Shown here: positions 1-10,433 of the stretch, one piece after another | Numbering within the stretch: position 1 is the first letter of the stretch | How the letters are laid out: every line of letters starts with the position of its first letter | DNA from: a virus | Lineage: Duplodnaviria; Caudoviricetes | IMG/VR virus record: IMGVR_UViG_3300033073_001153 | Coordinates: 178,608-242,607 of that record | Direction: 5' to 3' (one strand) | DNA length: 64,000 bases | The notes under the pieces: generated by a model | Databases searched by the model: none | What the model was told of the DNA's origin: nothing | Seen by the model: only the letters and a program-made list of their open reading frames with translations | Translations under genes and position numbers: made by a program

Positions 1-225
1 GAACAGGCTTTTCTAGTACATTATATGTGTTTATATAATTTAACTGAATCTAGTTTATTAGATGAAAAAGTAAACTTATATTCAATAAATCCAAAAGAAC
101 CTTCTTGTGCTACTGTAAAAGATATAAATGATGAAAAAGTAGTCATTTTTCATTTTATAGGAAATTCCGCAAATATAGACTTCAAATTAAACTTTATTAA
201 AAACTTTACAAATGCCAATATCTAA
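1..225 (+). CDS. C-terminal fragment of a probable glycosyltransferase (GT-A, GT8/GT34-like); begins before the window
   Basis: Frame 1 is open from base 1 (EQAFLVHYMC...). The EQAF and IFHFIG motifs resemble GT-A C-termini, and the gene abuts a sulfotransferase. Confidence 0.45.
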   Translation, partial: EQAFLVHYMCLYNLTESSLLDEKVNLYSINPKEPSCATVKDINDEKVVIFHFIGNSANIDFKLNFIKNFTNANI

Positions 226-814
226 CACTCATAAATTATGTTTTGTTCATATACCTAAATCTGCTGGTTCTTCAGTAGAAACAGCATTAGATATGAAACA
301 TTTAGAATGTCTTTATACACATTACAAATATAAATTGTATAGTGTAACGGCGCAACATTTATATCTTTCTGAAATTTGTAAAGAAATACCGGAATCTGAA
401 AAATATGATATATTTACAGTAGTGCGTAATCCTTTCGACAGATTAGTATCAGAGTATAAACATTATCATAAAAATTGGTGGGCAAGAGAGTTTTTTAATA
501 AAAATTTTGACGAATTCGTTAATACTGTTTTTTCTTTATCAAAAGAAGAAAGAATATTTAAATTTGACAATCATTTAGAACCACAAGTTAATTTTTTAAA
601 TAGACCCGATTTAAACGTGAATGTATTTAAATTTGAAGAATTGCCTGTTTTGGAACAATGGCTTTCCGAAAAAACTAAACAAAATATAAAACTTCCTCAC
701 GAAAGAAAAACAGAGAAAACAAATTATAAGGACTTTTATAAAGCCAAAAAAACTTATGAAATTGTTGAAAATTTTTATAAAGAAGATTTAGGAAAATTTT
801 CTTATGATTTTTAA
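212..814 (+). CDS. Sulfotransferase (Sulfotransfer_2 family)
   Basis: PAPS-binding motifs FVHIPKSAGSSV and FTVVRNPFDRLVSEY, plus HLEPQ and a C-terminal YKED..F.Y. Confidence 0.9.
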   Translation: MPISNTHKLCFVHIPKSAGSSVETALDMKHLECLYTHYKYKLYSVTAQHLYLSEICKEIPESEKYDIFTVVRNPFDRLVSEYKHYHKNWWAREFFNKNFDEFVNTVFSLSKEERIFKFDNHLEPQVNFLNRPDLNVNVFKFEELPVLEQWLSEKTKQNIKLPHERKTEKTNYKDFYKAKKTYEIVENFYKEDLGKFSYDF

Positions 815-878
815 CAACTATAATTAAAAATGTATAACTCATTTAGGATAAATAATATATGGACATCTGTCTATTCAT

Positions 879-1166
879 ATGCCTACTTTAAACTTTGATC
901 CAGAATTAACAGCTTATTTTACGGAATATAGCTCTAATGTCGGCGTGACGCAATATGGAGTATTTTCTGATAATTCAGAGAATACAGGTGTTGTTGTCTT
1001 AAATGCCATGTTTTCACAAAACTCTAAAAATAGTGGTGATGTATATGGTGATGCAGTTTTCAATAATTATTCCGTAAATGAAGGAATGGTTCATGGAAAT
1101 GCATATGTTACATCTACTGCGACCGTACCTGCCAGCAGCGTTGCTGGTACAATAACTCTTATTTAA
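879..1166 (+). CDS. Small beta-helix-like repeat protein
   Basis: Repeats of about 16-17 aa of the form F-x3-S-x-N-x-G-x-V; the same motif opens the next ORF. Confidence 0.6.
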   Translation: MPTLNFDPELTAYFTEYSSNVGVTQYGVFSDNSENTGVVVLNAMFSQNSKNSGDVYGDAVFNNYSVNEGMVHGNAYVTSTATVPASSVAGTITLI

Positions 1167-1172
1167 TAAATT

Positions 1173-3344
1173 ATGTCAAATCCAAACTCTCAACTCGACG
1201 GACTAGGAAGTTTTAATCAATCCGCTCAAAATGCAGGAACTATCAAGTATGGAGCATTCTTAAATGCTTCAAAAAACCTTGGTATGATTGCATTAAGTGC
1301 TACATTCGGTAATACTTCACAAAACTTAGGAACAATTGGTGATATACTTCCAATAACAACTGCATCTATCGTTCAATCAAATTCTGCTAATTGGGACACT
1401 GCATATACCGCAGTAGTATCAAATAGCGCAATTTGGGCACTTAGTGGTAGCGGTGTATCAGAACAATTGGTAGGTGATGTAGTAAGTGCTGTTATTAACA
1501 CAGATAGCTTCGTACAAACTACTGATCCCAGACTTTCTGATATAGCATTAGGTGTTGATGCATATAATCAATTAGGATCTTTATCTTCTTCAGTTTCCGA
1601 ATTACAAAATGAACACGATTCTCTTTTAAATAGTGTTCAATCTAATAGTGCAGCATGGATGTCTAATGACACTTCAAATTCCGAATCTTGGGATGCGGTT
1701 ACTTCATATATTAGATCAAATTCAGCTTCTTTAGTTTTTACTAATGACAGCAGATTAGCTGATGTTCCTAATGGAAATGTTGCTTACACTTATTTACAAT
1801 CTGTTTCTGGTGACTTTATCTTAGAAGGAGATAGCAGACTAAGTGATGCACGTACTCCAGTTGCTCATAACCACGATGCTTCTGCTATAACTAGTGGTAA
1901 ATTAGATCCAGCAAGATTACCAGTTATTCCCTCACAAGAACAAGTTCTTATAACTGGTGTGATGTACACAGCAGATTCTTCTTATAGTAGCGGAGATGAT
2001 CATTTCACTCATTATCTCTCTTCTATTAATCAAGGAACTATCGTTACTACTACTGATGGTTATCGTTGGGTATACACTGGTTCTGGAGACAAACGTTATG
2101 ACAGTTCATATGTATTACTAGCAGATATAACTCCCGATTGGAGTGTTATTTCTAATAAACCAGCATCTTTCCCAGTTGATGCACATACTCATGTTATTTC
2201 TTCTATTACTAATTTAGAAAATAGATTAGAAACTCTCCAAGATAATATCGATGCCAAACAAAATAGCGGAGATTATGTATTAAACAGTGATTCTCGTTTC
2301 ACTGTATTAGCTACTAATAGTGCTCAATGGGGAGAAAGCACAGTACAAGGTTATAATGCATATACCTATGTAAATTCTAACTCTGCTTCATTAGTTTTAA
2401 CAAGTGATTCTAGACTCACAGATGCACGTACACCAGTTTCACATACTCATAATATTAGTGGAGTTGTTGGACTTCAATCTGCTTTAGATGATAAAGCTTC
2501 CTCATCTGATCTTAATGGAAAAGCAAGTTTATCTGCATTTAATGTTTTAAATACATTAGTAGAAGAAAATAGCGGAACTTGGGAAGGAGTTGGAATAGTT
2601 TACAATTATGTAAAAACTACTTCTGCTGCTGCTGTCTACAGTGATGATGTTCGTTTAGCAAGAGCTAATACTGCTTATACATATGTAAACACAAATTCTG
2701 GTAATGTAAGTAACGGAACTACTGCATATACTTATGTAAATACAAATTCGGCTAATCTTGTACTAACTAATGATAGTAGATTATCTAATACATCTACTGC
2801 ATACAGCTATGTTACTGCAAATTCAGCGAATATTGTAATGACATCAGATAGTAGATTAACTAATGGAACTACCGCATATACTTATGTAAATTCCAACTCA
2901 GCTAATCTCGTACTAACTACTGATACTAGATTATCTAGAGCAAATACAGCATTTACTACTATTACTGCAAATTCTGGTAGTTGGGCTTCAGGAGCAATCG
3001 GATCAATTAACTATACAATTGATGGTGGCGGAAGTGCCATTACAACTGGCAGTAAAGGATTCGTACAAGTTCCAACTAATTTTGTAATCCAAGAATGGAA
3101 TATTTTTGCTGATTTAGAAACAACTTCATTTACTGTTGATGTTCGTAAAGCATCTTATGCAAATCTTCCAACTACTAGCACAATTACAAATTCTGATTTC
3201 TTAACATTAACTAATCAACAAAAGAATCGTAATTCATCTGTAAGTTGGACAAATATTAGTGCTGGAGAGTTTGTGGAATTTTATGTCACTGATGCATCTA
3301 ATGCTTCTATGATTAATATTTCTCTCAAAGGTATTCGTAGTTAA
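1173..3344 (+). CDS. Fibre-like virion protein
   Basis: Ser/Thr/Asn-rich, with DSRL(S/T)DARTPxxHxH and TAYTYVNxNSANLVLTxDxRL repeats. The C-terminal domain is shared with the 13297-16257 protein. Confidence 0.7.
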   Translation: MSNPNSQLDGLGSFNQSAQNAGTIKYGAFLNASKNLGMIALSATFGNTSQNLGTIGDILPITTASIVQSNSANWDTAYTAVVSNSAIWALSGSGVSEQLVGDVVSAVINTDSFVQTTDPRLSDIALGVDAYNQLGSLSSSVSELQNEHDSLLNSVQSNSAAWMSNDTSNSESWDAVTSYIRSNSASLVFTNDSRLADVPNGNVAYTYLQSVSGDFILEGDSRLSDARTPVAHNHDASAITSGKLDPARLPVIPSQEQVLITGVMYTADSSYSSGDDHFTHYLSSINQGTIVTTTDGYRWVYTGSGDKRYDSSYVLLADITPDWSVISNKPASFPVDAHTHVISSITNLENRLETLQDNIDAKQNSGDYVLNSDSRFTVLATNSAQWGESTVQGYNAYTYVNSNSASLVLTSDSRLTDARTPVSHTHNISGVVGLQSALDDKASSSDLNGKASLSAFNVLNTLVEENSGTWEGVGIVYNYVKTTSAAAVYSDDVRLARANTAYTYVNTNSGNVSNGTTAYTYVNTNSANLVLTNDSRLSNTSTAYSYVTANSANIVMTSDSRLTNGTTAYTYVNSNSANLVLTTDTRLSRANTAFTTITANSGSWASGAIGSINYTIDGGGSAITTGSKGFVQVPTNFVIQEWNIFADLETTSFTVDVRKASYANLPTTSTITNSDFLTLTNQQKNRNSSVSWTNISAGEFVEFYVTDASNASMINISLKGIRS

Positions 3345-3367
3345 TTAAATTAATAATTTAATCTAAT

Positions 3368-3403
3368 AAAAAGAAGGAGTGGGAAACTGCTCCTTCTTTT
3401 TTT
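3368..3403 (+). terminator. Rho-independent terminator
   Basis: AAGAAGGAGTGG-GAAA-CTGCTCCTTCTT hairpin followed by a T-run, just after the 3344 stop. Confidence 0.85.
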
Positions 3404-3451
3404 ATTTATAAGATGAAATTCTAGCATTTTGATGTAAATACTCAAAAAGCA

Positions 3452-3745
3452 ATGGAACCTAGTAGAACTATTTTAATAAAACGAAGAAAAGTCGGTCCAA
3501 GTGGTCCGCCGAATTCGTTACATAATGGAGAATTAGCTTTTAATGAAATTAATAGAGTTCTTTATTATGGTTTGGGAAACGATGGTAATGGAATTGCCGA
3601 AGAGATAATACCTATAGCAGGTGGATTTAATTCATTAATAGAAAACGCAACAGTAACTACTCTTTCGAGTGTTAGCGCATCAGAGGATTATTTAATAATA
3701 AATATAAATGGCCAACAGAGGGCATTGAGATTATTTGATTTCTAA
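3452..3745 (+). CDS. Small protein with Mtd_N-like (major tropism determinant N-terminal) fibre-anchor domain
   Basis: ILIKRR...P..L..GELAFNE...LYYG pattern; TAAATA upstream at 3435-3440. Confidence 0.55.
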   Translation: MEPSRTILIKRRKVGPSGPPNSLHNGELAFNEINRVLYYGLGNDGNGIAEEIIPIAGGFNSLIENATVTTLSSVSASEDYLIININGQQRALRLFDF

Positions 3746-3781
3746 AAAAGAAAATATGATCAAAAAAGGATAAATAATAAT

Positions 3782-4042
3782 ATGCCCTATATTCATAAGT
3801 TCACTAAAGAGTTGGAACAGTTTGGGTTATGTAGTTTCCGATTAAATTTATCTGATCCCGATCTTATTCTTCCAGAATTAAATATTCCAGTTGTTTTTCG
3901 TAGTGGAGAAGATACTGAAGAAGCTATGACACAATTAGCTACACGTATGATACAAGAACAAACTGAATTATTCTTGCAATCATTAGTAGCAGAACAACCA
4001 GTTACTGAAGTACAACCAGTTTCTGATGAATTTCAAATTTAA
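3782..4042 (+). CDS. Hypothetical protein
   Basis: 86-aa ORF with TAAATA 5 nt upstream. Confidence 0.7.
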   Translation: MPYIHKFTKELEQFGLCSFRLNLSDPDLILPELNIPVVFRSGEDTEEAMTQLATRMIQEQTELFLQSLVAEQPVTEVQPVSDEFQI

Positions 4043-4057
4043 TATTTTTAACTAAAA

Positions 4058-6772
4058 ATGGCTACATATTTTTCAATCAATGATGGTAATTTTGATAGTG
4101 GTAGTGTATTTACAACTACAATAGGAGGCGTATCTACTGGTACTGCTGGATTTTGGGTTGGTACTACATATTCTTATGCGACAACTGTTGCTACTTCGGA
4201 TGGTTCTACATATGCTGGAGTTGCTCTAAATTTATCCGCAAGAAGTGCTAATCCTACGGGCACTATTGATATTACATTAAGTGCAAATAACGGAACTACT
4301 ACAGGAACTATTTCTTATCCTGTGAGTGGAATAACTTCATATAATAGTAGTAATAATATAGTTCCCGGTTATCCTGTAGGATGGGTGTATTTTTCCTTTC
4401 CTACTTCATTTAATGTACCAAATACAAGAACCATGACTGTTGGAGTTAAAACATCCACTACCAACCAAGTTGCTTTAATAGGTACTACAAACTTAAACAA
4501 TTTAAATAGATTTTATGTCACCACAACATATGGTACTCCCGGTAGCGTTGATGGTGTTCATGTTACTGGTAGTTTAACTACTAATGGATTAGTTTCAAAA
4601 ACCGTAAATTATAATTCGGCTTCTACTTTATTAACAAATCTCTATATTCATAATGGAGGTGTGTTAAATTTTGATCCTACATTAAACACGATACTTGAAA
4701 TTCAAGGAGCACAAGGTATGCAAGTGACTCCTGAAGGAACTGTTAATATAGGAACTTCTAGCAATCCAGTAGCATCAGATAAAACTTGTCAAATATTATT
4801 ATCACAAACCAGTTATATAAATGTACATAACGGAGCAAATTTCAGAGCTTATGGTGCTTATAAAACTCCTTATGCATATATTAATTCTAATATTAATGCT
4901 GGTGTAAGTATCATACCTACTTCTACTGATGTATCAGGATGGAGAACTTCCGATGAAGTAGTAGTAACACCAAATGATGTAACAAATAATACATTTGAAA
5001 TAGGTAATACATTCTCTTCAAAAGGAGTTGGTACTATAACATTAGGAAGTGCTACTACTTATTCTCATATTTCTAGTGATATTATACCCGGAGTTATAAA
5101 TGTAGCACGTAATGTTTCTATTAAAGGAAATAATTCAGGGGTTACACAATATGGTTACATAAGATTTTTAGATGGATCTGTAAGTAATATAAACAACGTA
5201 GAATTCAAGAGTTTAAAAAATACAACTTATAGAGGAATGCATTTATTGACTGATTCCACAGGTTATATTACTTTAAGTAACTGTGTATTTAATGGTGATT
5301 ATGTAACAACCGCACCAGCTATAACAGTTCCTGCTGTAGCTTTATTACCAACAAAAAACCCACTTTCTAATGTTTTTATAGATAATTGTACATTCTTTAA
5401 ATATGGAAGTGGTGCAGTATTATCAAATACTATAGAATTGACTGGATTATCTGCAAATGCTTTCACATTTACAAATAATATTGTATTAAGTTCTGGTCAA
5501 AACGGAATGTTAATAGATAGATTAAGTTCCTCAAATCTTAATATTAAAAATAACTTTTTAATTGGTAATAAAATTCACGGATTACGTGTTCTTAATCCAT
5601 ATGTATTAAGTGGAACAATAGGTAGTGTTGGATGCATGAATCTATCTTGCGGAGCAGTAGTTTCCGGTGTTAATAGTGTAGGAAATTATGATGGATTAGG
5701 TGGATTATATAATAAATTAGAAGGTATTAATGTTTCTGGTCTCATATCTAGATTATCAACCACTACATTTAGTAATTTAACAGCAAATAATAACAATACT
5801 TCAGGATTTTCTTTATCTGGAAATAGTAACAATTTACTATCTCCTGTGAAATTAAACATTAATGGTTTAATAGCCAATAATAATAGAGCAGAAGGGTTTG
5901 AGGCGTATTCCGTATACGGAAATCTCAGTTCAATGTCATTTACTGACAATCTATCTGGAAATATTTACATTTCCATAGGAAACGGTTCCATAACATTTGA
6001 TGGACTTTCTTCTTCAAATACAGGTTCAGTTTCTGGTCAAAATAGTAATATTCATATTTTAAGCGGACAGAATTACGGAGCAACTTTATTCAAAAATTCT
6101 AATTTAAAAGGAAGTAATGTAAATGCTATAAAATTCTACAATACTAAGCTTGAACAATTTTCTATGGATTCTTCCACATTAAGTTCTAACTTAGAAGATA
6201 TTGGAAGTTCTAGTTCATTAAATTACTTACAAGGTTCTTATCAATTTAATAATTGTACATTTGGTACAGGTATTCTTTCATCAACAATTCAGAATTATCA
6301 ACCAGAAGTTTTTCTAGAAAATGGGTTTGTAGTTATGAAAGAAAACGGAGTAGCTGATAAACACTATCGTTTACTTCAAGCTGGTAAAATTTCATTAGAT
6401 ACTACAATAGCATACGGAACTAATACAGTTTCAGAAAAACTAGAACCAACTTCAACAGTTACTAAATTACGTTGCGGATCTAAAATGATTCCAGTCAACA
6501 AAGATTCATCATACACAGTTGGATGTTATGTTCGCAAATCTAGTGGATATTCTGGAGATGCTCCACGTTTAATACTTAGACGCAATAGTGCTTTAGGATA
6601 TGAAGATACTGTTTTAGATACTTCTACAGGTTCAGACAGCACTTGGGAATTATTAAATGGCGTAGTACCCGCAGCTTTAGATAAAGGAATTTTTGAAGTA
6701 TATGTAGATTGTTCTGGTTCTACTGGATGTGGTTCTATAAACATCGATAATTGGTCTTTAACTTCAGTTTAA
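4058..6772 (+). CDS. Large virion protein with G8-like domain and parallel beta-helix (putative depolymerase or adhesin)
   Basis: LYIHNGGVLNF...GTVNIGTSSNPV (G8-like), NVARNVSIKG, Asn/Gly-rich beta-helix repeats. Paralogue of 6795-10127. Confidence 0.6.
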   Translation: MATYFSINDGNFDSGSVFTTTIGGVSTGTAGFWVGTTYSYATTVATSDGSTYAGVALNLSARSANPTGTIDITLSANNGTTTGTISYPVSGITSYNSSNNIVPGYPVGWVYFSFPTSFNVPNTRTMTVGVKTSTTNQVALIGTTNLNNLNRFYVTTTYGTPGSVDGVHVTGSLTTNGLVSKTVNYNSASTLLTNLYIHNGGVLNFDPTLNTILEIQGAQGMQVTPEGTVNIGTSSNPVASDKTCQILLSQTSYINVHNGANFRAYGAYKTPYAYINSNINAGVSIIPTSTDVSGWRTSDEVVVTPNDVTNNTFEIGNTFSSKGVGTITLGSATTYSHISSDIIPGVINVARNVSIKGNNSGVTQYGYIRFLDGSVSNINNVEFKSLKNTTYRGMHLLTDSTGYITLSNCVFNGDYVTTAPAITVPAVALLPTKNPLSNVFIDNCTFFKYGSGAVLSNTIELTGLSANAFTFTNNIVLSSGQNGMLIDRLSSSNLNIKNNFLIGNKIHGLRVLNPYVLSGTIGSVGCMNLSCGAVVSGVNSVGNYDGLGGLYNKLEGINVSGLISRLSTTTFSNLTANNNNTSGFSLSGNSNNLLSPVKLNINGLIANNNRAEGFEAYSVYGNLSSMSFTDNLSGNIYISIGNGSITFDGLSSSNTGSVSGQNSNIHILSGQNYGATLFKNSNLKGSNVNAIKFYNTKLEQFSMDSSTLSSNLEDIGSSSSLNYLQGSYQFNNCTFGTGILSSTIQNYQPEVFLENGFVVMKENGVADKHYRLLQAGKISLDTTIAYGTNTVSEKLEPTSTVTKLRCGSKMIPVNKDSSYTVGCYVRKSSGYSGDAPRLILRRNSALGYEDTVLDTSTGSDSTWELLNGVVPAALDKGIFEVYVDCSGSTGCGSINIDNWSLTSV

Positions 6773-6794
6773 ACTTTTAAATTTTTAATATATT

Positions 6795-9700
6795 ATGGCA
6801 AATTATTTTTTACTTAGAGATGGTCTTTTGGGAGACACTGGGACATATGGTATAAGTATGTCTGGAGCAGAAAAATTAAACAATAGTACAGGTTATAAAT
6901 TAACTACAAATGATAGTTGGAGTACTCAGTTATCTGGAGCAAGTTCTAATATTATAGATTCTATTGCTATACATTTAAGTGGTAGATCTGCTAATCCAAC
7001 AGGTACATTAACTCTTCAAATTAGCAGTAGAACATTTTCTCCTACTACTCTAGGAACCTATCCAATTAGTTCTTTTACTTCATATTATGGGGTAAATGAT
7101 CAAATGTCAAACTACCCATTAAATTGGCAATTATTAAAATTATCCACACCATTTACTAATACAAATACTTTTTTCAGAGTAAATCTAAAAACAAGCAACT
7201 CTGATCAATTATCATTAATGGCATTAAGTACTGTTAATGGAATAAGTTACGATTTGATGTGTATAAGAGATACATATGTAGCTTCTCCTCCAAATATTTT
7301 ACATATAGGAAGTAAATTAGATGGGTATAGTACAGAAAACAGAACAATAACTGCTTCTACTGGAACTTATAATGATATTTATATTCATAAGAACGGAAGC
7401 TTAGTTTTCCCTACTTCTTCTACTACATTATCAGTTATAGGAACAAGTGGAATACAAATCACTTCAGAAGGAACCTTACAAATAGGTTCTTCTTCTAGTC
7501 CAGTTGCAGACACTACAACTCATCAAATATTACTTTCTTCTACTATAGGAGTAAATAATTATTCTGTATTGAACACATACGGTGCATATAAACTACCATA
7601 TGCTACATTTTCTGAAGATTATGCAGCAGGAACTAATGTGTTTATTACATTAGAAAGTCTTTCTACAACTTGGAAAGCAAATGACAATGTGGTATTATTA
7701 CCAAATACTACAACAAATAATACTATAGATACAAGTACCGTAAATAGCTTTTTAACTGAAAAAAGAGTTGTTACCAATTCAAGTACATCATTTGCACATC
7801 CTGTAGTAAGTTATCTTCCGAACATTGCAAATTTAACAAGAAATGTAAAAATAGGAGGATTTTCTTCTATTGCTAAAGGAACTATAAAATCTTTAAATAA
7901 TTCTAATGTAAATCTAAATAATACGGAATTCTTATGCATAAGAGGAAGTTTAGCTAGTGATAATAGTAGTTATGTTTCATTAAGTGGATGCACATTAAGT
8001 GGTTTCGGTGGTGAAACTTTACATAGTTCAACTAATACAAATTCAACAGAATTTAGCGGTAGTAGATTAGTTGGTCCAATCGGAGTTACTGATTTTGATA
8101 TAAATCCCGGTACAGATTTTACTATTGAAATGTACGTAAAAACATATACAGTAGCAGGTACTATACAAGATATATTTTATTATGGAACTGCCTCTCCTCT
8201 TGCTAATAGTGATTATGGAATTTTAACTAGAATACAAGGCAATAAATTTACTGCTGCTTTTTATGTCGGTGCTGCTGCAACTGCTGTATTAACAGCAAAT
8301 GCCATCAATGAAAATACTTGGCATCATGTTGCTATAGTAGCTAGTAATAGTGCTCTTAAATTATATATTGATGGAACATCATTAGATCAATCTACTCAAG
8401 TAAATTATAATTATAATAATACTACATTCAGACCTATTATTGGCGGAAATCTTGGTGGTAATCTTTGGCTTCAAGGTAAAATTTCAAATTTACGATTTGT
8501 AAGAGGAAAAGCAGTATATACATCAAACTTCACTCCTCCTACTAGTGCATTAGGTTTGATAACTGAAAGTGGTGTTACTAATCTAGTATTAGCATGTCAA
8601 TCTCCAGATTTTGTTGATACTGGTGATTTAAAATTACCATTATCTGGTTATAATATTAATAATATTAAGTTTGATGCCGATTCTGTTTTTGGATCACAAT
8701 ATAAAAACTGTAATATTAATAATTGTGTAACATTTAAAACAAAATACGGAATAACTTTAAATAACGGAATTTCATCAAATAATACAATAAACAATAACTT
8801 AATTTTAAGTTCTATGTATTCTGGAATTTATATTAATAATGGAGGCATGGGAAGTATTTCTAGCTCTAATAATAATATATCTGTTGGACCATCCACATAC
8901 GGAACATATTTAGAAAATAACGCAAATAATAAAACATTAAATGGTATCATAAATTATGATAATACATATGGTACATATATTAAAACCGCACATTCTGGAG
9001 TAATAAGTAATATTACTAATACTTATAATACCAGTGGTGGTGTTTATGTTGATGGAAATACACAAAATTTGAGTTCAACTATTTTCAGAAATATAACTGC
9101 ATCAAATAACAAAACGGTTGGTTTTATTGTATCTGGAAATTCTATTAATCATTTATCTCCAGTTATACTGAATATAGATGGTTTGGTTGCAAATTCTAAT
9201 TTAAATGGTGGTTTTGAAGGTTACTGCATTGCTGGTAATTTAAGTTCTATTCAATTAAGTGGAAATAGCGGAAATTATGCAATGAAAACTTCTATTGGTA
9301 ATTATTATACTACTATAGATGGTATTACTGCATTAACTAATGATGTTGTTGGAACTTCTGCTGCTATTGGAATACTTTCAGCAATTAATTATTATCCAAC
9401 CGTAATAAAGAATTCTAAAGTAGGAAAAGCAGTTGGATCTTCTGTATATGGTGCTGCTATTAGTTTAGATAGCACTAAATTCTCTCAATTTAATGTGTAT
9501 AATTCAACAGTAAGTGGAGGATCTAGTGATTTTCAATTAAGAAACACAAACGGTGTAATCGAAGGATCATACTTAATTGGAAATACAAATATTGGTAATC
9601 TTCCAGTAGGTGCTGGTGTAACTTCTTCTAACTATCAATCTGATGTGTTAAAAACTACTGGATTTGCATTCACAAACATGAACAATGCAAGTGGATATAA

Positions 9701-10127
9701 TGTTACATATCTTGCTGCGGGAACTCGTCAAATCGATTCTACTACAACTTGTAACATTAACGAATCAACTTCACCTTCTGAACGTTTAACTCCTCAAAGC
9801 ACTACATTAAAACTTCGTAGTGGAAGTAAATTCGTAGCATTAAATGCAGGAGAATCAACTGCAATTAATGTTTATGTAAGAAAATCTACTTTAGCTACAA
9901 ATGGTGCTGCTTATAATGGAAATTCTCCTCGTTTAATGTTAAAACGTAACGGAGCTATGGGAATCAATTCTGATATTGTGATGGATCAACTTGATACAAC
10001 TTCAGAAAACTTCCTAAAACTTGGTGGAGTTTCACCAGCAGTAACAGATAGCGGAGTTCTTGAGTTTTATGTCGATTGTGATGGAACTCAAGGATGGATT
10101 AATATCGACAATTGGACAGCAAACTAA
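6795..10127 (+). CDS. Paralogous G8-like/beta-helix protein with an inserted LamG (concanavalin-like) domain
   Basis: Same N- and C-terminal motifs as the 4058 ORF, plus DFTIEMYV...NTWHHVAIV...LYIDG...GKISNLRFVRGKAVYTSNFTPPT. Confidence 0.7.
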   Translation: MANYFLLRDGLLGDTGTYGISMSGAEKLNNSTGYKLTTNDSWSTQLSGASSNIIDSIAIHLSGRSANPTGTLTLQISSRTFSPTTLGTYPISSFTSYYGVNDQMSNYPLNWQLLKLSTPFTNTNTFFRVNLKTSNSDQLSLMALSTVNGISYDLMCIRDTYVASPPNILHIGSKLDGYSTENRTITASTGTYNDIYIHKNGSLVFPTSSTTLSVIGTSGIQITSEGTLQIGSSSSPVADTTTHQILLSSTIGVNNYSVLNTYGAYKLPYATFSEDYAAGTNVFITLESLSTTWKANDNVVLLPNTTTNNTIDTSTVNSFLTEKRVVTNSSTSFAHPVVSYLPNIANLTRNVKIGGFSSIAKGTIKSLNNSNVNLNNTEFLCIRGSLASDNSSYVSLSGCTLSGFGGETLHSSTNTNSTEFSGSRLVGPIGVTDFDINPGTDFTIEMYVKTYTVAGTIQDIFYYGTASPLANSDYGILTRIQGNKFTAAFYVGAAATAVLTANAINENTWHHVAIVASNSALKLYIDGTSLDQSTQVNYNYNNTTFRPIIGGNLGGNLWLQGKISNLRFVRGKAVYTSNFTPPTSALGLITESGVTNLVLACQSPDFVDTGDLKLPLSGYNINNIKFDADSVFGSQYKNCNINNCVTFKTKYGITLNNGISSNNTINNNLILSSMYSGIYINNGGMGSISSSNNNISVGPSTYGTYLENNANNKTLNGIINYDNTYGTYIKTAHSGVISNITNTYNTSGGVYVDGNTQNLSSTIFRNITASNNKTVGFIVSGNSINHLSPVILNIDGLVANSNLNGGFEGYCIAGNLSSIQLSGNSGNYAMKTSIGNYYTTIDGITALTNDVVGTSAAIGILSAINYYPTVIKNSKVGKAVGSSVYGAAISLDSTKFSQFNVYNSTVSGGSSDFQLRNTNGVIEGSYLIGNTNIGNLPVGAGVTSSNYQSDVLKTTGFAFTNMNNASGYNVTYLAAGTRQIDSTTTCNINESTSPSERLTPQSTTLKLRSGSKFVALNAGESTAINVYVRKSTLATNGAAYNGNSPRLMLKRNGAMGINSDIVMDQLDTTSENFLKLGGVSPAVTDSGVLEFYVDCDGTQGWINIDNWTAN

Positions 10128-10139
10128 AAATAAATAATT

Positions 10140-10331
10140 ATGGCTAATCAAAATCCTGACGGAAAAGTAAATTATTGGTATGAAGGTGTATCTTCCACCT
10201 TGATCAAAAGTACTTCAAATGCTCCTATTGGTGCTTTGAATTATTGGTACAATGGAAGTCCCCAAGGCTTTCTATTAGATTCCAAATTAGAATCAAAAGC
10301 AAGAAATTTCGCAGTTCTTATTGGTTTCTAA
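10140..10331 (+). CDS. Small protein with duplicated NYWYxG motif
   Basis: GKVNYWYEG and GALNYWYNG; TAAATA upstream; terminator downstream. Confidence 0.65.
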   Translation: MANQNPDGKVNYWYEGVSSTLIKSTSNAPIGALNYWYNGSPQGFLLDSKLESKARNFAVLIGF

Positions 10332-10353
10332 AAAAAAAACAAAACACAAACAC

Positions 10354-10393
10354 AAATATCTCCTACTGGTTCGCTGGTAGGAGATATTTTTTT
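10354..10393 (+). terminator. Rho-independent terminator
   Basis: AAATATCTCCTACTGG-TTCG-CTGGTAGGAGATATTT followed by a T-run. Confidence 0.9.
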
Positions 10394-10433
10394 GCCATAA
10401 GTGCTTTTTTAATTTAAAACCATAAATAATAAG

